Part shown: positions 16,943 to 27,003 of the stretch, piece after piece
Numbering within the stretch: the stretch's first letter is position 1
Layout of the letters: each line of letters starts with the position of its first letter
NCBI GenBank assembly: GCA_015485575.1
Contig: WFTF01000047.1
Coordinates: forward strand, 1-40,660
Length of the DNA stretch: 40,660 nucleotides
Direction: 5' to 3'
From: Patescibacteria group bacterium
GTDB lineage: Bacteria; Patescibacteriota; Minisyncoccia; Phycocordibacterales; UBA918
Made by a program: the position numbers and the translations under genes
The notes under the pieces: model-generated
Databases searched by the model: none
What the model was told of the DNA's origin: nothing
The model's input: only the letters and a program-made list of their open reading frames with translations

Positions 16943-17215
16943 TTATTTCACCGCGTCTTTGAGAGCTTTTGCCGCTCGGAACTTTGGTACACGCATTGCC
17001 GGCACTTCAATCGGTTCACCGGTTCGTGGATTGCGCGCGGTGCGCGCGTTGCGCATTTTTGCTGAGAAAATACCAAGTCCCGCGATTGATACCTCTTGAC
17101 CTGCCTTAAGGGTCTCAACGATAGAAGTCATCATAACTTCTACAGCGCGCTCAGCGTCAGCTTTTGTAATCCCGAGTTCCTCGTGGATTTTGTTAATGAT
17201 GTCTGCCTTATTCAT
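16943..17215 (-). CDS. hup: DNA-binding protein HU
   Basis: MNKADII, GLGIF, ARTARNPRTGE and PKFRAAKALKDAVK. Confidence 0.96.
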   Translation of the reverse strand: MNKADIINKIHEELGITKADAERAVEVMMTSIVETLKAGQEVSIAGLGIFSAKMRNARTARNPRTGEPIEVPAMRVPKFRAAKALKDAVK

Positions 17216-17395
17216 ATTTGTTTCTGAATAGTAACTAATGGCGAGTAAACATTTTGTGTTGGTGTAGACCAGACACGGTGCCCTAATGGCTTGAAAACAT
17301 TATATAGCAAGGTTTTTTCCCTGCAACGTCTAGAAAAGACCTGTTTCTATGGTCTAATGTTTTTCTTTGTTTTTGAAGCATGGTATGCTTGCGTG

Positions 17396-17962
17396 ATGAA
17401 AATTGGAATCATGGGAGCCAAGGGTAGTTTCTCCGAGAAGGCGGCGGAGGACTACATTGCACAGCAGTTTATAGACAATTGCAGCATCGTACCGTTAGTG
17501 AGCGCGGAAAATGTATTGTCCGAAGTGGAGTCGGGCACTATTGATAAGGGGATTTTTCCGATTGAAAACAGCAATGGAGGTGTGGTACTGGAGGCGGTAC
17601 ACGCCATGGCAAAGCATCGCTTTGCCATAGAGCGTCTGTTTGAAATTGATGTGCACCACATGTTGCTGGTACTGCCGGGTAGTACCGCATCCCGTATTGA
17701 CACCATTACCTCGCACGATCAGGCGCTGAAGCAGTGCCGCATGTACCTTAAACGCGCTTGGCCGGACGCGGATATTGAACCGTATGCAGATACGGCAAAA
17801 GCGGCGGAGGATTTAAGCAGGGGAGTACTGTCGGATAGTACCGCTGTTATTGCACCGCGCCGCTGTGCGGAGATTTATGGACTTGAGATACTGGAAGAAT
17901 CCATACAGGATTTGAAGTTTAACTACACCTCCTTTGTGGTGGCAACACGCTTGGAGGAGTAG
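17396..17962 (+). CDS. prephenate dehydratase-like catalytic domain, no ACT domain
   Basis: G..GSFSE.AA, PIENS.GG, SHDQAL.QC, DTA.AA and IQD...NYTSF; the protein ends right after this last motif. Confidence 0.8.
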   Translation: MKIGIMGAKGSFSEKAAEDYIAQQFIDNCSIVPLVSAENVLSEVESGTIDKGIFPIENSNGGVVLEAVHAMAKHRFAIERLFEIDVHHMLLVLPGSTASRIDTITSHDQALKQCRMYLKRAWPDADIEPYADTAKAAEDLSRGVLSDSTAVIAPRRCAEIYGLEILEESIQDLKFNYTSFVVATRLEE

Positions 17963-17977
17963 TGGGGAAGTGTGTAG

Positions 17978-18012
17978 ACGAAAGCCGCGCGCCGTAGGCG
18001 CGCGGCTTTCGT
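17978..18012. terminator. bidirectional hairpin between convergent genes
   Basis: 16-bp perfect stem ACGAAAGCCGCGCGCC-GTA-GGCGCGCGGCTTTCGT. Confidence 0.7.
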
Positions 18013-18032
18013 ATTGGCAGTAGCGTCACGCT

Positions 18033-19562
18033 CTATCGCGCATAGCTGACCACGCGTGTTTCTCGGATGACGTGCACCTTGATTTCTCCCGGGTAGCGTA
18101 ACTGTGCTTCTATGTTGCCCGCAATGGTTTGCGCAAGTGTGTTTGCCTGCAGATCAGACAACTCATCGGGGTTGACCAGCACGCGGATTTCCCGCCCCGC
18201 GGAGATGGCAAACGCTTTTTGTACACCTGCAAGATCCTTTGCAATCGCTTCCAGTTCGGTTAAGCGCTTGATGTAGTTTTCAATGGAGTCACGCCGTGCC
18301 CCCGGTCGTGCACCGGAGAGTGCGTCGGCAACTTGGACGATAATAGACTCCGGTGTTTCGTACGGATACTCTTCATGGTGGGCACGCATGGCAAGGATGA
18401 CTTTTTCATCCACACCATACTTTTGCAGTATGCGAATACCTATTTCCACGTGTGTGCCCTGCACCTCGTGGCTAACGGTTTTTCCGATGTCGTGCAGTAG
18501 TGCTCCTGCGCGCGCAACGGCCACGTCCGCTCCGGTTTCTTCAGCGATAATGGCGGCGATATTTGCCATTTCAACCGAGTGCCACAGTACATTTTGGCCA
18601 TAGCTGGTACGGAAGTGCAGTCGTCCCAATATCGTCACCAGTTCCGGGTGCAGGTTGTTCACACCCGCTTCGTAAGCTGCTTTTTCACCCATTTTACGCA
18701 CCGTCTGTGCCACTTCTTTGCGTGCCTGTTCAAATGCCTCTTCTATCTTTGCCGGTTGAATACGCCCATCTTTAAGCAGTGTCTCCAGTGTGACACGCGC
18801 GATTTCTCGGCGAATCGGATCAAAGGAGGAGAGGGTGATGTACCCCGGTGTGTCATCAATGAGCACATCCACACCGGTAAGGCGTTCAAACGTGCGCACA
18901 TTGCGTCCTTCTTTTCCGATAATTTTGCCTTTCAAATCGTCACTGGGTAATGGTACGCTTGCAGTCATGACATTACTCGGCATGCTGTTACCCTGTCGGT
19001 GAATAGCGGCAAGGAGGATGTTTTGCGCTTCCGCTTCAAAGGCTTCCTCTCCCGCGCGTGAAAGTTTCTCAATGCGCTTTACCAAGTCTGCCTCGCGCTC
19101 TTGCTGCATGCGCGCCACTACCTGTTCATACGCTTCTTCTTTGGTGATACCGGCAATCTCTTCCAACTTTGCGTCCAGCTCACCTTTGCGCGCATCCAGG
19201 CGCTCTTTGAGTGCTTTTACCTCTTCAATTTTGTTGCGCACCGCCTCTTTTTCAGAGTCAAGCGCAATCTGTCGCTCATCAAGGAGCTCTTCTTTTTTCG
19301 CAAGTCGTTCTTCTTTTGCGGCAAGTGTGTCCGCACGTTCTTTTGCGTCAGCCTTCGCTTCTGTTTCAATTTTTTCTGCTTTCGCTTCGGCTTTCTCTAC
19401 AATCTTTAAAGCCCGCTCTTCCGCTTCAAGTTCCTTTTCTTTCAGGGTTAGTTCAAGAGAAGTTTTTTTCGACATCGTATGCAGATGCCGCAGATAGTAT
19501 CCAGAAGCTATGCCGACAGTCAGCGCCGCCGCAATGGCAGCCAACATCGGTATCAGTGGCAT
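18033..19562 (-). CDS. rny: ribonuclease Y
   Basis: N-terminal TM, coiled coil, KH domain (KGKIIGKEGRNVR), HD motif (LLHDIGK), SGARPGARR and AGREIRV. Confidence 0.97.
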   Translation of the reverse strand: MPLIPMLAAIAAALTVGIASGYYLRHLHTMSKKTSLELTLKEKELEAEERALKIVEKAEAKAEKIETEAKADAKERADTLAAKEERLAKKEELLDERQIALDSEKEAVRNKIEEVKALKERLDARKGELDAKLEEIAGITKEEAYEQVVARMQQEREADLVKRIEKLSRAGEEAFEAEAQNILLAAIHRQGNSMPSNVMTASVPLPSDDLKGKIIGKEGRNVRTFERLTGVDVLIDDTPGYITLSSFDPIRREIARVTLETLLKDGRIQPAKIEEAFEQARKEVAQTVRKMGEKAAYEAGVNNLHPELVTILGRLHFRTSYGQNVLWHSVEMANIAAIIAEETGADVAVARAGALLHDIGKTVSHEVQGTHVEIGIRILQKYGVDEKVILAMRAHHEEYPYETPESIIVQVADALSGARPGARRDSIENYIKRLTELEAIAKDLAGVQKAFAISAGREIRVLVNPDELSDLQANTLAQTIAGNIEAQLRYPGEIKVHVIRETRVVSYAR

Positions 19563-19719
19563 AGAATGTGTATTTGTATAAGGATTGATAAATACGCACG
19601 GTCAACAATCAGTCATGCGGTTGCTATAAAACATAGCAGAATTGCCTACACTTGTCGACAAAAAACTGTTTTATTGCTAGGGTGTGTTACAGAGGCAACA
19701 GAGAAAAGGGAGAGGTCTC

Positions 19720-20088
19720 ATGTTCTTTTTGCGTATAGTGCACGCTTTTCTCCTGCTGGCGTTCGCCGGAGTGGTGTTTGCAATTGTGATTGATGATTCT
19801 GGATTTCTGTTTGCATACCTGTCTTTCTTGGAGAAATTTGCAGTGATTATCGGTCTGGCGTTTCTGCTGGCGCTGAATTTGTGTATTCTGTATTTTCTCA
19901 TCCGTAACAGAGACGTATATCAGCGGAACAGGCGGGCAACGTTATTGCTTCGAAAATACAAAAAGGGCACCCTCACAAAACAAGAAGAGCTGATCCTTGA
20001 GCAATTTTTGCGCGATGGGGTACTTGGTTACAATGCGTTTGGCACACTGCGTTTGTCAGATCGTGCTCTGCGGGAACTCTTTGAGTGA
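19720..20088 (+). CDS. small two-TM hypothetical membrane protein
   Basis: GGGAGAGG before ATG 19720, two hydrophobic segments, and a terminator-like hairpin at 20092-20114. Confidence 0.65.
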   Translation: MFFLRIVHAFLLLAFAGVVFAIVIDDSGFLFAYLSFLEKFAVIIGLAFLLALNLCILYFLIRNRDVYQRNRRATLLLRKYKKGTLTKQEELILEQFLRDGVLGYNAFGTLRLSDRALRELFE

Positions 20089-20222
20089 ATGAAAAGCGGC
20101 AGTGCGCCGCTTTTTTTGTATGGTCTGTTTTTCAGCACTTGGTTCTGTGATGTGCATGGTATCAGTACGGCAAAAGCGCAGCGGCTTCACCGCTGCGCTT
20201 TTGCCGTACACATTTTTTCTTC

Positions 20223-20825
20223 TTATGTGTATATCACATCCACCAACCCGTACTTCTTTGCTTCTTTTGCGTCCATGAAGAAGTCTCGGTCAGTATCTTT
20301 TTCAATCTGCGAAAGCGGCTTTCCTGACGCCTTGGCAAGCATTTTGTTGAGCGTGTCTCGTGTCTTGAGTATGTGTCGGGCGGTAATTTCTATATCACTT
20401 GCCTGCCCCTGCGCACCTCCCCATGGCTGGTGAATCATCACCTCGGCGTTTGGCAGTATTGCTCTCTTTCCCTTTGCGCCCTGTGAGAGGATGATTGACC
20501 CCATGGATGCCGCCATGCCGGTACAGACGGTCACCACGTCCGGCTTGATGTGGTTCATGGTGTCTACAATAGACAGACCCGCGGTCACACTACCTCCCGG
20601 TGAGTTCACATATAGATAAATATCTTTCTTTGGGTCTTCCGCCTCAAGGAACAAAAGTTGTGCAACCACCAGATTTGCCATGTGATCTTCAATGGTACCA
20701 GTGACAAACACGATTCGCTCCTTCAAAAGGCGTGAATAAATGTCAAAGGCACGTTCTCCCCCCTGTGTTTTTTCAATAACCATGGGGACCAACTGTGCCA
20801 TCGTTTCCTGTGTCGTTTTTTCCAT
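20223..20825 (-). CDS. clpP: ATP-dependent Clp protease proteolytic subunit
   Basis: [32 protein letters not shown] and DTDRDFFM. Confidence 0.97.
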   Translation of the reverse strand: MEKTTQETMAQLVPMVIEKTQGGERAFDIYSRLLKERIVFVTGTIEDHMANLVVAQLLFLEAEDPKKDIYLYVNSPGGSVTAGLSIVDTMNHIKPDVVTVCTGMAASMGSIILSQGAKGKRAILPNAEVMIHQPWGGAQGQASDIEITARHILKTRDTLNKMLAKASGKPLSQIEKDTDRDFFMDAKEAKKYGLVDVIYT

Positions 20826-20912
20826 TTTACTTTTTGATTATTATTTCTATCCTACACGGTATGCAGCTACTGTAGCAGAAAGTACTGCAGTTGGAAATAA
20901 AAAGCGGGAGGA

Positions 20913-21113
20913 TTATCTCCCGCTTGACATGGTCAATACAACGTGAAAACCAAGCAAAATCCATGCGTAGATAAGGTATTTCCATGCTTTCAGTTCAATA
21001 TCTCCGCGCGTCATTTCAGGATTTCTTTCAAGTACCCTCTGTTTGGTGTCTTCAGGTGCCACTTTGACGATCAATGCAAGGAGTACAAAAAAAGCTGACA
21101 GATACCAGAACAT
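20913..21113 (-). CDS. small two-TM hypothetical protein (66 aa)
   Basis: AAGGAGG 5 nt before the ATG of MFWYLSAFF; two hydrophobic segments. Confidence 0.6.
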   Translation of the reverse strand: MFWYLSAFFVLLALIVKVAPEDTKQRVLERNPEMTRGDIELKAWKYLIYAWILLGFHVVLTMSSGR

Positions 21114-21257
21114 ACGTTCCTCCTTTGTGCTTGGTGTCCTGCATTGCAGCGTATCAGACCTGCGGGAAATAGCAACAGATTGCATGATGATCTTGCGTAT
21201 CGTACTCATCCACATGCAACCATTTGGGTTTTGCTTTTGGTGAAGAGATGATGATTG

Positions 21258-22427
21258 TTACGTTTCTTGCTCCAGCATTTGCATCACTGCTTCATTGGTC
21301 AGTACCGATGCAACATAGATACGTACACGCTGTTTATCTGCATCTTTGTACTGCTCTAACAGTTGTGATACCTGTGCTTCAAGTTGCTGTTTGTCCGGCT
21401 TTATGTCTTCCGCTTTTGCTATTTCGTTGAGCACCAGTTGCAATTTTGCCCGCTTCTCAGCTGCAGGTTTCCACTCTGCGGCAAGGTCTTCCTTGGTTTT
21501 CTTTATGTGTGCCAAATAGTCTTCCATTTTCAAGTTTGCACGGGTGAGATCCTCATTCATTTGGGCAAACATTTGATCTATTTCCGAGTCAATGAGGATT
21601 TGAGGCAGATCAATATCGCTTTCTTCAATAATTTTATCGGTTATCTTGGCACGATGTGATGCATTGACCTCACGCTCTTTTTCAATAGACAGATGCTCTT
21701 TAATTTTTTCCTTGAAGTCTGCAACGGAGGTGAATTGTCCCGGTTGTCCCAGCTCTTTTACCAAGTCATCGGTCAATTCGGGTATTTCTTCATCCGTCAC
21801 CGCTTTTACATCAGTGTCCTCCTCTTCAGAGTTACCTTCGGTTTTGTCCGTGACTGTGTCCGGTGTGGGAAGCTCGGTGGCGTCACCCATGTCTTTTGCT
21901 TTTTGTTCCGCCTGCGCCTTTTTCTGAGCGAGTTTTTGCATACGCTCATAGGCGATTTTTTGCCGTAAGATATCTTTTATCTGTGCATCCACCTCTTCAT
22001 CGGTAACCTCTGCAGAGGCTTTTTCTTTGTTTATGTCAGCGGCGATTTTTTTATAGTCGGGAAGAGATACCTCTGGTAGCACCGCAACGGTAAGGGTAAA
22101 ACCCAAGGGATTACCGTCGGCAAGTTTGGTGAGGGAGATTTTTGGGTGCCCGATTGCGTCAATAGTGTGCACCTTGCAGAGCTCGGGGTAGACTTCAGCA
22201 AGAGCACGTTCCGCCATGTCAGACAAAATAGTCATTTCTCCAACACGTTTGACCACTTCGTCATCCGGCACATGTCCCTTGCGAAATCCGTCAATTTCCA
22301 TATCTTTGCCATAGTGTTTGATAGCGGCAGGACGATGCTTCTCAAGCTGGTCAAACGGAATTTCTCCGGAGACCTGTACCTGTGACCCGTCTTCTTTGGT
22401 GACGGTAAAGTTTTTTACAAAATCCAT
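21258..22427 (-). CDS. tig: trigger factor lacking the FKBP/PPIase domain
   Basis: Ribosome-binding motif IDGFRKGHVP; an acidic linker replaces the FKBP domain; C-terminal domain present; upstream of clpP. Confidence 0.93.
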   Translation of the reverse strand: MDFVKNFTVTKEDGSQVQVSGEIPFDQLEKHRPAAIKHYGKDMEIDGFRKGHVPDDEVVKRVGEMTILSDMAERALAEVYPELCKVHTIDAIGHPKISLTKLADGNPLGFTLTVAVLPEVSLPDYKKIAADINKEKASAEVTDEEVDAQIKDILRQKIAYERMQKLAQKKAQAEQKAKDMGDATELPTPDTVTDKTEGNSEEEDTDVKAVTDEEIPELTDDLVKELGQPGQFTSVADFKEKIKEHLSIEKEREVNASHRAKITDKIIEESDIDLPQILIDSEIDQMFAQMNEDLTRANLKMEDYLAHIKKTKEDLAAEWKPAAEKRAKLQLVLNEIAKAEDIKPDKQQLEAQVSQLLEQYKDADKQRVRIYVASVLTNEAVMQMLEQET

Positions 22428-22604
22428 ATGTAACGTATGTATGAAATAAATAAGAATCGTAAATTCACGAGTGAATTAAGAAAATAGGTGCTTACGATGT
22501 AAGCACCGAAGCCAGAGCATTAAAACATATTGTGTGAGTATTTGCCAGTGCGGAAAAAAGCGGCGCGCCGTCGGCGCGCCGCTTTGTGGCATCCAAGCAT
22601 GTTG

Positions 22605-23042
22605 CTATATGGCATTGAGCGCATCTTCAAGTTCGCTATCAATAGCGTTCAGTTCCGCGTCCAGCGAGTCCAGTTCGGTACTCTCAATGTCAGCTTCTAT
22701 TGCTTCAATCTCATTTGAGGTGCTGACGGTCTCCAGTGCCTGTATTTGCGCATCTGCAGTGTTGCTTTCCGGTTCATTATTTTCTTCCGGCGTTGGTCGT
22801 TGTATGGATGTTTCTTCCATTGGCATTTCATCTATATTGTTCATCATGGTATTGCCCCATATATAGAGACCTCCCAAGATGAGTACCAAGATGACGATGA
22901 GCACGCCGAGTATGGCACCGAGGTGTGCCGTTTTATCTGCACCTGTCGCACCTGTAAATGATTCTTCCGGCATTTTCATTTCGGTTTCCGATATAACCGG
23001 CTCTTGCTCCTGCGTTGTGTTTTGTGTTTTATCTTGTTCCAT
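22605..23042 (-). CDS. single-TM acidic hypothetical protein
   Basis: TM GAILGVLIVILVLILGGLYIWG and an acidic helical tail. Confidence 0.75.
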   Translation of the reverse strand: MEQDKTQNTTQEQEPVISETEMKMPEESFTGATGADKTAHLGAILGVLIVILVLILGGLYIWGNTMMNNIDEMPMEETSIQRPTPEENNEPESNTADAQIQALETVSTSNEIEAIEADIESTELDSLDAELNAIDSELEDALNAI

Positions 23043-23095
23043 ACGATGTTACGTTAGAATGAATAAATAAATGATATGGCTGTGCAGAACATCCG

Positions 23096-23974
23096 CTATT
23101 CCGTACTTGCATCGCCACTTTCCGCAGATTCAGTTTCATTTTCTTCCTGTGTGCCGGTGTTGGATACTGCGCTACTGACTCCTCGGTCAAGCTTCGCCTG
23201 TCGGACGGCCTCCTTGAGGGCGGGTAGGGCTTCACGAAGTGCTTGGTGTGCCGCTTTTATGTGGTTTTTTGCCTGACGATAGGTTTCACGACCGGTCTTC
23301 CATGCCTCTCTGGGGTTTTCTGACGCAACCACTTCCGCTACGATGATATCAATATCTTCCAAGGTCGCTTCCGCAAGGTCCAGGTGTTCTGAGGCAGTGT
23401 TGAGTGCCGCTTGTGCGGCCGAGGTGTCCACACCCTTTTCTGCCAGTATATCCATACGTGTCTGGAAGCGCTCAATGATTTGTCGGATGCGCGCTATAGC
23501 TGCTTCCATGCGGTTTGATACATTTGCGGCAAGATTTTGTACACGTTTTTGGATACGTTCTTGCAGTGCCGCTTTTCGTTCTTCCATTCTTTCACGCAGT
23601 TGTGCCTTTCGCTCCTCCATCTTTGCACGGGCTTCTTCCTTTCGCCCCTCAATTTGTTCGCGTGCCTTTTGCTTTTTCTCTTCAGACAGCTGTTGAAATT
23701 CTTCGCGTTTTTGTTCCGCCTTTGCACGAGCGTCCGCTTTTTTATCTGCTATGTTTTTTTGAGCTTCCGCTTTTTTCAGTTGGTAGTTATCTTTACGGTT
23801 TTGTTGATTGTTCTCAAACTCAGATGCTTTTTGCTTTTTTTGCTCAAGCAGTTTTTGATAGCGTTCTTGCGGGCTTAATTCATCTTCTTGCGCCTGCGCC
23901 AAGAAGGTAAACCCAAAGAGCGCCACCAGCATGGTGGTTGTGAGGGAGAGAAATGATAATTGAATTGTTTTCAT
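23096..23974 (-). CDS. secreted coiled-coil protein
   Basis: Signal peptide ending AQA, then long E/K/R/Q-rich helices. Confidence 0.8.
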   Translation of the reverse strand: MKTIQLSFLSLTTTMLVALFGFTFLAQAQEDELSPQERYQKLLEQKKQKASEFENNQQNRKDNYQLKKAEAQKNIADKKADARAKAEQKREEFQQLSEEKKQKAREQIEGRKEEARAKMEERKAQLRERMEERKAALQERIQKRVQNLAANVSNRMEAAIARIRQIIERFQTRMDILAEKGVDTSAAQAALNTASEHLDLAEATLEDIDIIVAEVVASENPREAWKTGRETYRQAKNHIKAAHQALREALPALKEAVRQAKLDRGVSSAVSNTGTQEENETESAESGDASTE

Positions 23975-24092
23975 AGATTATTGATGAATATGATAAATAT
24001 ATTGAGCGCTTAATTCACGCTATATACAATATATAGTATACGCCCTGCCGTATATTTTGCATGACTGCTATGCACAGCGCCTGTGGAATACA

Positions 24093-24129
24093 AAAAAGCC
24101 GCGAAGACCTACGGTCTTCGCGGCTTTTT
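24093..24129 (-). terminator. terminator of ppaC
   Basis: 17-bp perfect stem flanked by A/T runs, 8 nt after the stop. Confidence 0.7.
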
Positions 24130-24137
24130 GCCTCCTC

Positions 24138-25061
24138 CTAGAGTTTCAGTGCCGGCAGTATCTGTTTTTTGCGGGATACCACACCGGGCAGCACCTCGGT
24201 ATCACCCTCAACGGTGACACCAAACGATGTTTCAATGACTTTCTTTGTCAGGTCGTTGTAGGTGAGTACCGTCGCTTCTTCGTTGAGAATGTCAATAATA
24301 AAGAAGAGTACTTCGTCCACGTCGTTTTCTTCTGCAATCACTTCCGCAATGGCGGACAAGATACCGTCCTTTCGGGCAAGGACAGTTTGAGGGGTGGTGG
24401 TTTCCAACACCGATACGCGGAAGTTTTTGTCTCCCACCCCGTACTTTTTGCTATCAAGTGTCACCAATCCCTTATCAGAGAAGCTGGAAATGTCAGACTT
24501 CGCCGCAAACATTTCGTTTGCATAGCTGTGCAAGTCTATCTCCAGTTGTGCAGCAAGCTTTTCGGCGACGTCTTTGTCGTGCGGAGTGGTGGTGGGAGAG
24601 CGGAATTCCAGTGTATCGGACAGAATGCAAGAGAGCATGAGGCCCGCAATCTCGCGCGGTAGTGCCGATACTACGCTTTCTCCCATGAGATCATGCAATA
24701 CCGTTGCGGTGCAGGCAAGCGGCCGCATGGTGATATCAACCGGTGCGGCAGTTTGCAGTCCCCCAACCAGTTTGTGGTGATCAATCAGCTGTACCAGCTG
24801 TACATCGTTTATGTTTTCCGGCAGTTCTTGCGGATTGTTGGTATCCACCACGATCACTTCGTCATTCGCGTCAAGCTGCTCAAGCAGTTGCGGTGTGTCA
24901 GTGTTCCAGTAGTTAAGTACAAATTGTGTTTCGGTGTTGAGCTCACCCAGCACAAAGGCCTGCGCGTCACGCAAGCTGTGTTCGTTGAGGTACCAGCTCC
25001 AGATAATTGCCGAGCAAGTTGCGTCGGTATCGGGGGATTTGTGTCCAAAAACTTTTATCAT
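24138..25061 (-). CDS. ppaC: Mn-dependent (family II) inorganic pyrophosphatase
   Basis: FGHKSPDTD, IDHH, ILSDTL, SPTTT and SRKKQ. Confidence 0.96.
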   Translation of the reverse strand: MIKVFGHKSPDTDATCSAIIWSWYLNEHSLRDAQAFVLGELNTETQFVLNYWNTDTPQLLEQLDANDEVIVVDTNNPQELPENINDVQLVQLIDHHKLVGGLQTAAPVDITMRPLACTATVLHDLMGESVVSALPREIAGLMLSCILSDTLEFRSPTTTPHDKDVAEKLAAQLEIDLHSYANEMFAAKSDISSFSDKGLVTLDSKKYGVGDKNFRVSVLETTTPQTVLARKDGILSAIAEVIAEENDVDEVLFFIIDILNEEATVLTYNDLTKKVIETSFGVTVEGDTEVLPGVVSRKKQILPALKL

Positions 25062-25176
25062 AGTACATATCTAACTTATAGCGTGCGCATATCGTACCGT
25101 ATTTCCTACACTTCGTTAAGTGTTTTGGTTTGGTATACATATTATTTATCTTATGTACATAATTTATGTACATATC

Positions 25177-25205
25177 AAAGAGCCGGAGCGAAGCTCCGGC
25201 TCTTT
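25177..25205 (-). terminator. terminator-like hairpin after nusA
   Basis: AAAGAGCCGGAGC-GAA-GCTCCGGCTCTTT. Confidence 0.65.
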
Positions 25206-25233
25206 TGGGTTTGGGGAGTGTGATGCGGCGAGG

Positions 25234-26715
25234 TTATGTGTTTTTCTCCAAGTTTTCTTCGGTGATTTTTTCCATCACTTCGTCTTCGTTTGCCAGCGGA
25301 CCTGCTTCCTCTGCCGCTTGCATCAGCTCTTCCGCCTCTTCGGGGGTGTCAATTTCATTGATTTCTTCAGTCTGGTCCTCATCAACAAGGTCGCGATCGT
25401 TGGTTGGCTCATCGTCCATAACCAGTTCCGGTTTTGTGGTGGTGGCGTCCTCGCTTTCCAAGACATCAATGTCTGCTCCAACCTCGGTATTTTCGGGAGC
25501 TACGATATTTGTTTCTCCGTCCGCATCCGCTTCCGCCAAGCCCTCACCTTTGGTAGAGATAATGTCAATTTTCCATCCGGTAAGTTTTGCGGCAAGGCGT
25601 ACGTTCTGCCCGCCACGGCCGATGGCAAGGGACTGCTGGTCGGGTGCCACTTCCACAATAGCATGTCCACGGCTGTCTTCCGCTTCATCGTCATCACTCG
25701 GTTCCGACTCAATGGTGACCGACAGTACCTGTGCGGGGGATAGTGCATCTTCAATAAACTCAAGCGGGTCCTCCGACCATTCAATGATATCTATTTTTTC
25801 ACCGCCCAGTTCACTCATGACCGTGGATACGCGTACACCTCGCTGTCCCACCAGTGCACCGACCGGATCAATATGCTCATCGTGCGCGTACACCGCAACT
25901 TTGGAGCGAGCCCCCGCTTCTCGGGCAATGGCTTTTATTTCCACCACACCATTTTGCAGCTCCGGTGTTTCCACAGCAAACAGTCCCGCAAGAAAGTCAG
26001 GGTGCGCGCGAGAGAGTTTCAGGAAAATGCCCCGAGTGGTTTCATCCACCTGCAGAAGCAGTGCGCGAATACGTTCACCCGGGCGAAAGCGCTCTCCCGG
26101 AATTTGTTCATCGTAGGGCATGACCGCTGTGACTCGTCCCAGGTCAACGTAGAGATTTCCGCGTTCAAAGCGTTGTACATGACCAAGGATGATATCTCCC
26201 TCTTTTTGACCAAATTCGGCAAGGGCCGCCTCCTTTTCTGCTTCGCGTACTTTCTGGATAATCACCTGTTTTGCTGTTTGTGCGGCAATGCGTCCGAAGT
26301 CGTCTTTGTTTTCCAAGGGGAACACCAGCTCTTCGCCCACTTCCACATCTTTTTTAATGAGACGCGCATTATCAAGCATAATGTGCTTTTCAGGGTCAAA
26401 GCGTACTTTGCCGTCATCTTCCGGCACCTCTGTGGGGTCCTGAGATGACTTTGTTTCTGCCGTTTCTTGCTCGTTGGTTTCTTCCGGCTCCGGTTTGAGC
26501 ATATTTTCGTCAACGACGATTTTAATCTGATTGAATGTGGTTGTGCCGGTTGCCATATCAAACTCGGCACGGATGATTTGTCCGCGTTTTCCGTATTCTT
26601 TTTTGTATGCGGTTGCCAGCGCTTGCTCTATGGCATCCAGCATTTTTTCGCGCGAAATACCGCGTTCCTCTTCCATTTCTCCAAGAACGGAGTTGATTAC
26701 TTTAAGGTCAAACAT
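25234..26715 (-). CDS. nusA: transcription factor NusA
   Basis: FGRIAAQTAKQVIIQK, S1 domain, AREAGARSKVAV, AIGRGGQNVRLAAKLTGWKIDI and an acidic tail. Confidence 0.97.
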   Translation of the reverse strand: MFDLKVINSVLGEMEEERGISREKMLDAIEQALATAYKKEYGKRGQIIRAEFDMATGTTTFNQIKIVVDENMLKPEPEETNEQETAETKSSQDPTEVPEDDGKVRFDPEKHIMLDNARLIKKDVEVGEELVFPLENKDDFGRIAAQTAKQVIIQKVREAEKEAALAEFGQKEGDIILGHVQRFERGNLYVDLGRVTAVMPYDEQIPGERFRPGERIRALLLQVDETTRGIFLKLSRAHPDFLAGLFAVETPELQNGVVEIKAIAREAGARSKVAVYAHDEHIDPVGALVGQRGVRVSTVMSELGGEKIDIIEWSEDPLEFIEDALSPAQVLSVTIESEPSDDDEAEDSRGHAIVEVAPDQQSLAIGRGGQNVRLAAKLTGWKIDIISTKGEGLAEADADGETNIVAPENTEVGADIDVLESEDATTTKPELVMDDEPTNDRDLVDEDQTEEINEIDTPEEAEELMQAAEEAGPLANEDEVMEKITEENLEKNT

Positions 26716-27003
26716 ATTTTTTATTTAGTTGTCTATTGTATGTAGGTACGCGCACCGGTCTGCGTATCTTCCATATTGGCAGGCTACACAAAGTGCATAT
26801 ACCTGTTTTGTGAATGTTGCGAAGAGAACGCGCGCCCTGCGGGCGCGCGTTCAATCAACCTACATACTCTATACCCATATGTAACAGATGTCAAAATGTG
26901 TATTGAAAGGTACGTCTTTCGGCGTAGGATACGGTATACTACTTGTGTAAGAACCGCAGAGGAGGAGAGACAGGTTTGCCGTGTTCTTTTGTTTTTTATA
27001 TAT

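Noticed and set aside
26776..27003. N-terminal extension of pilB, and similar extensions of corA, the pheA-like gene, the ECF sigma, recJ and rnhA in the ORF track
   Set aside because: The extensions run through promoter or hairpin DNA; downstream ATGs match the expected domain starts
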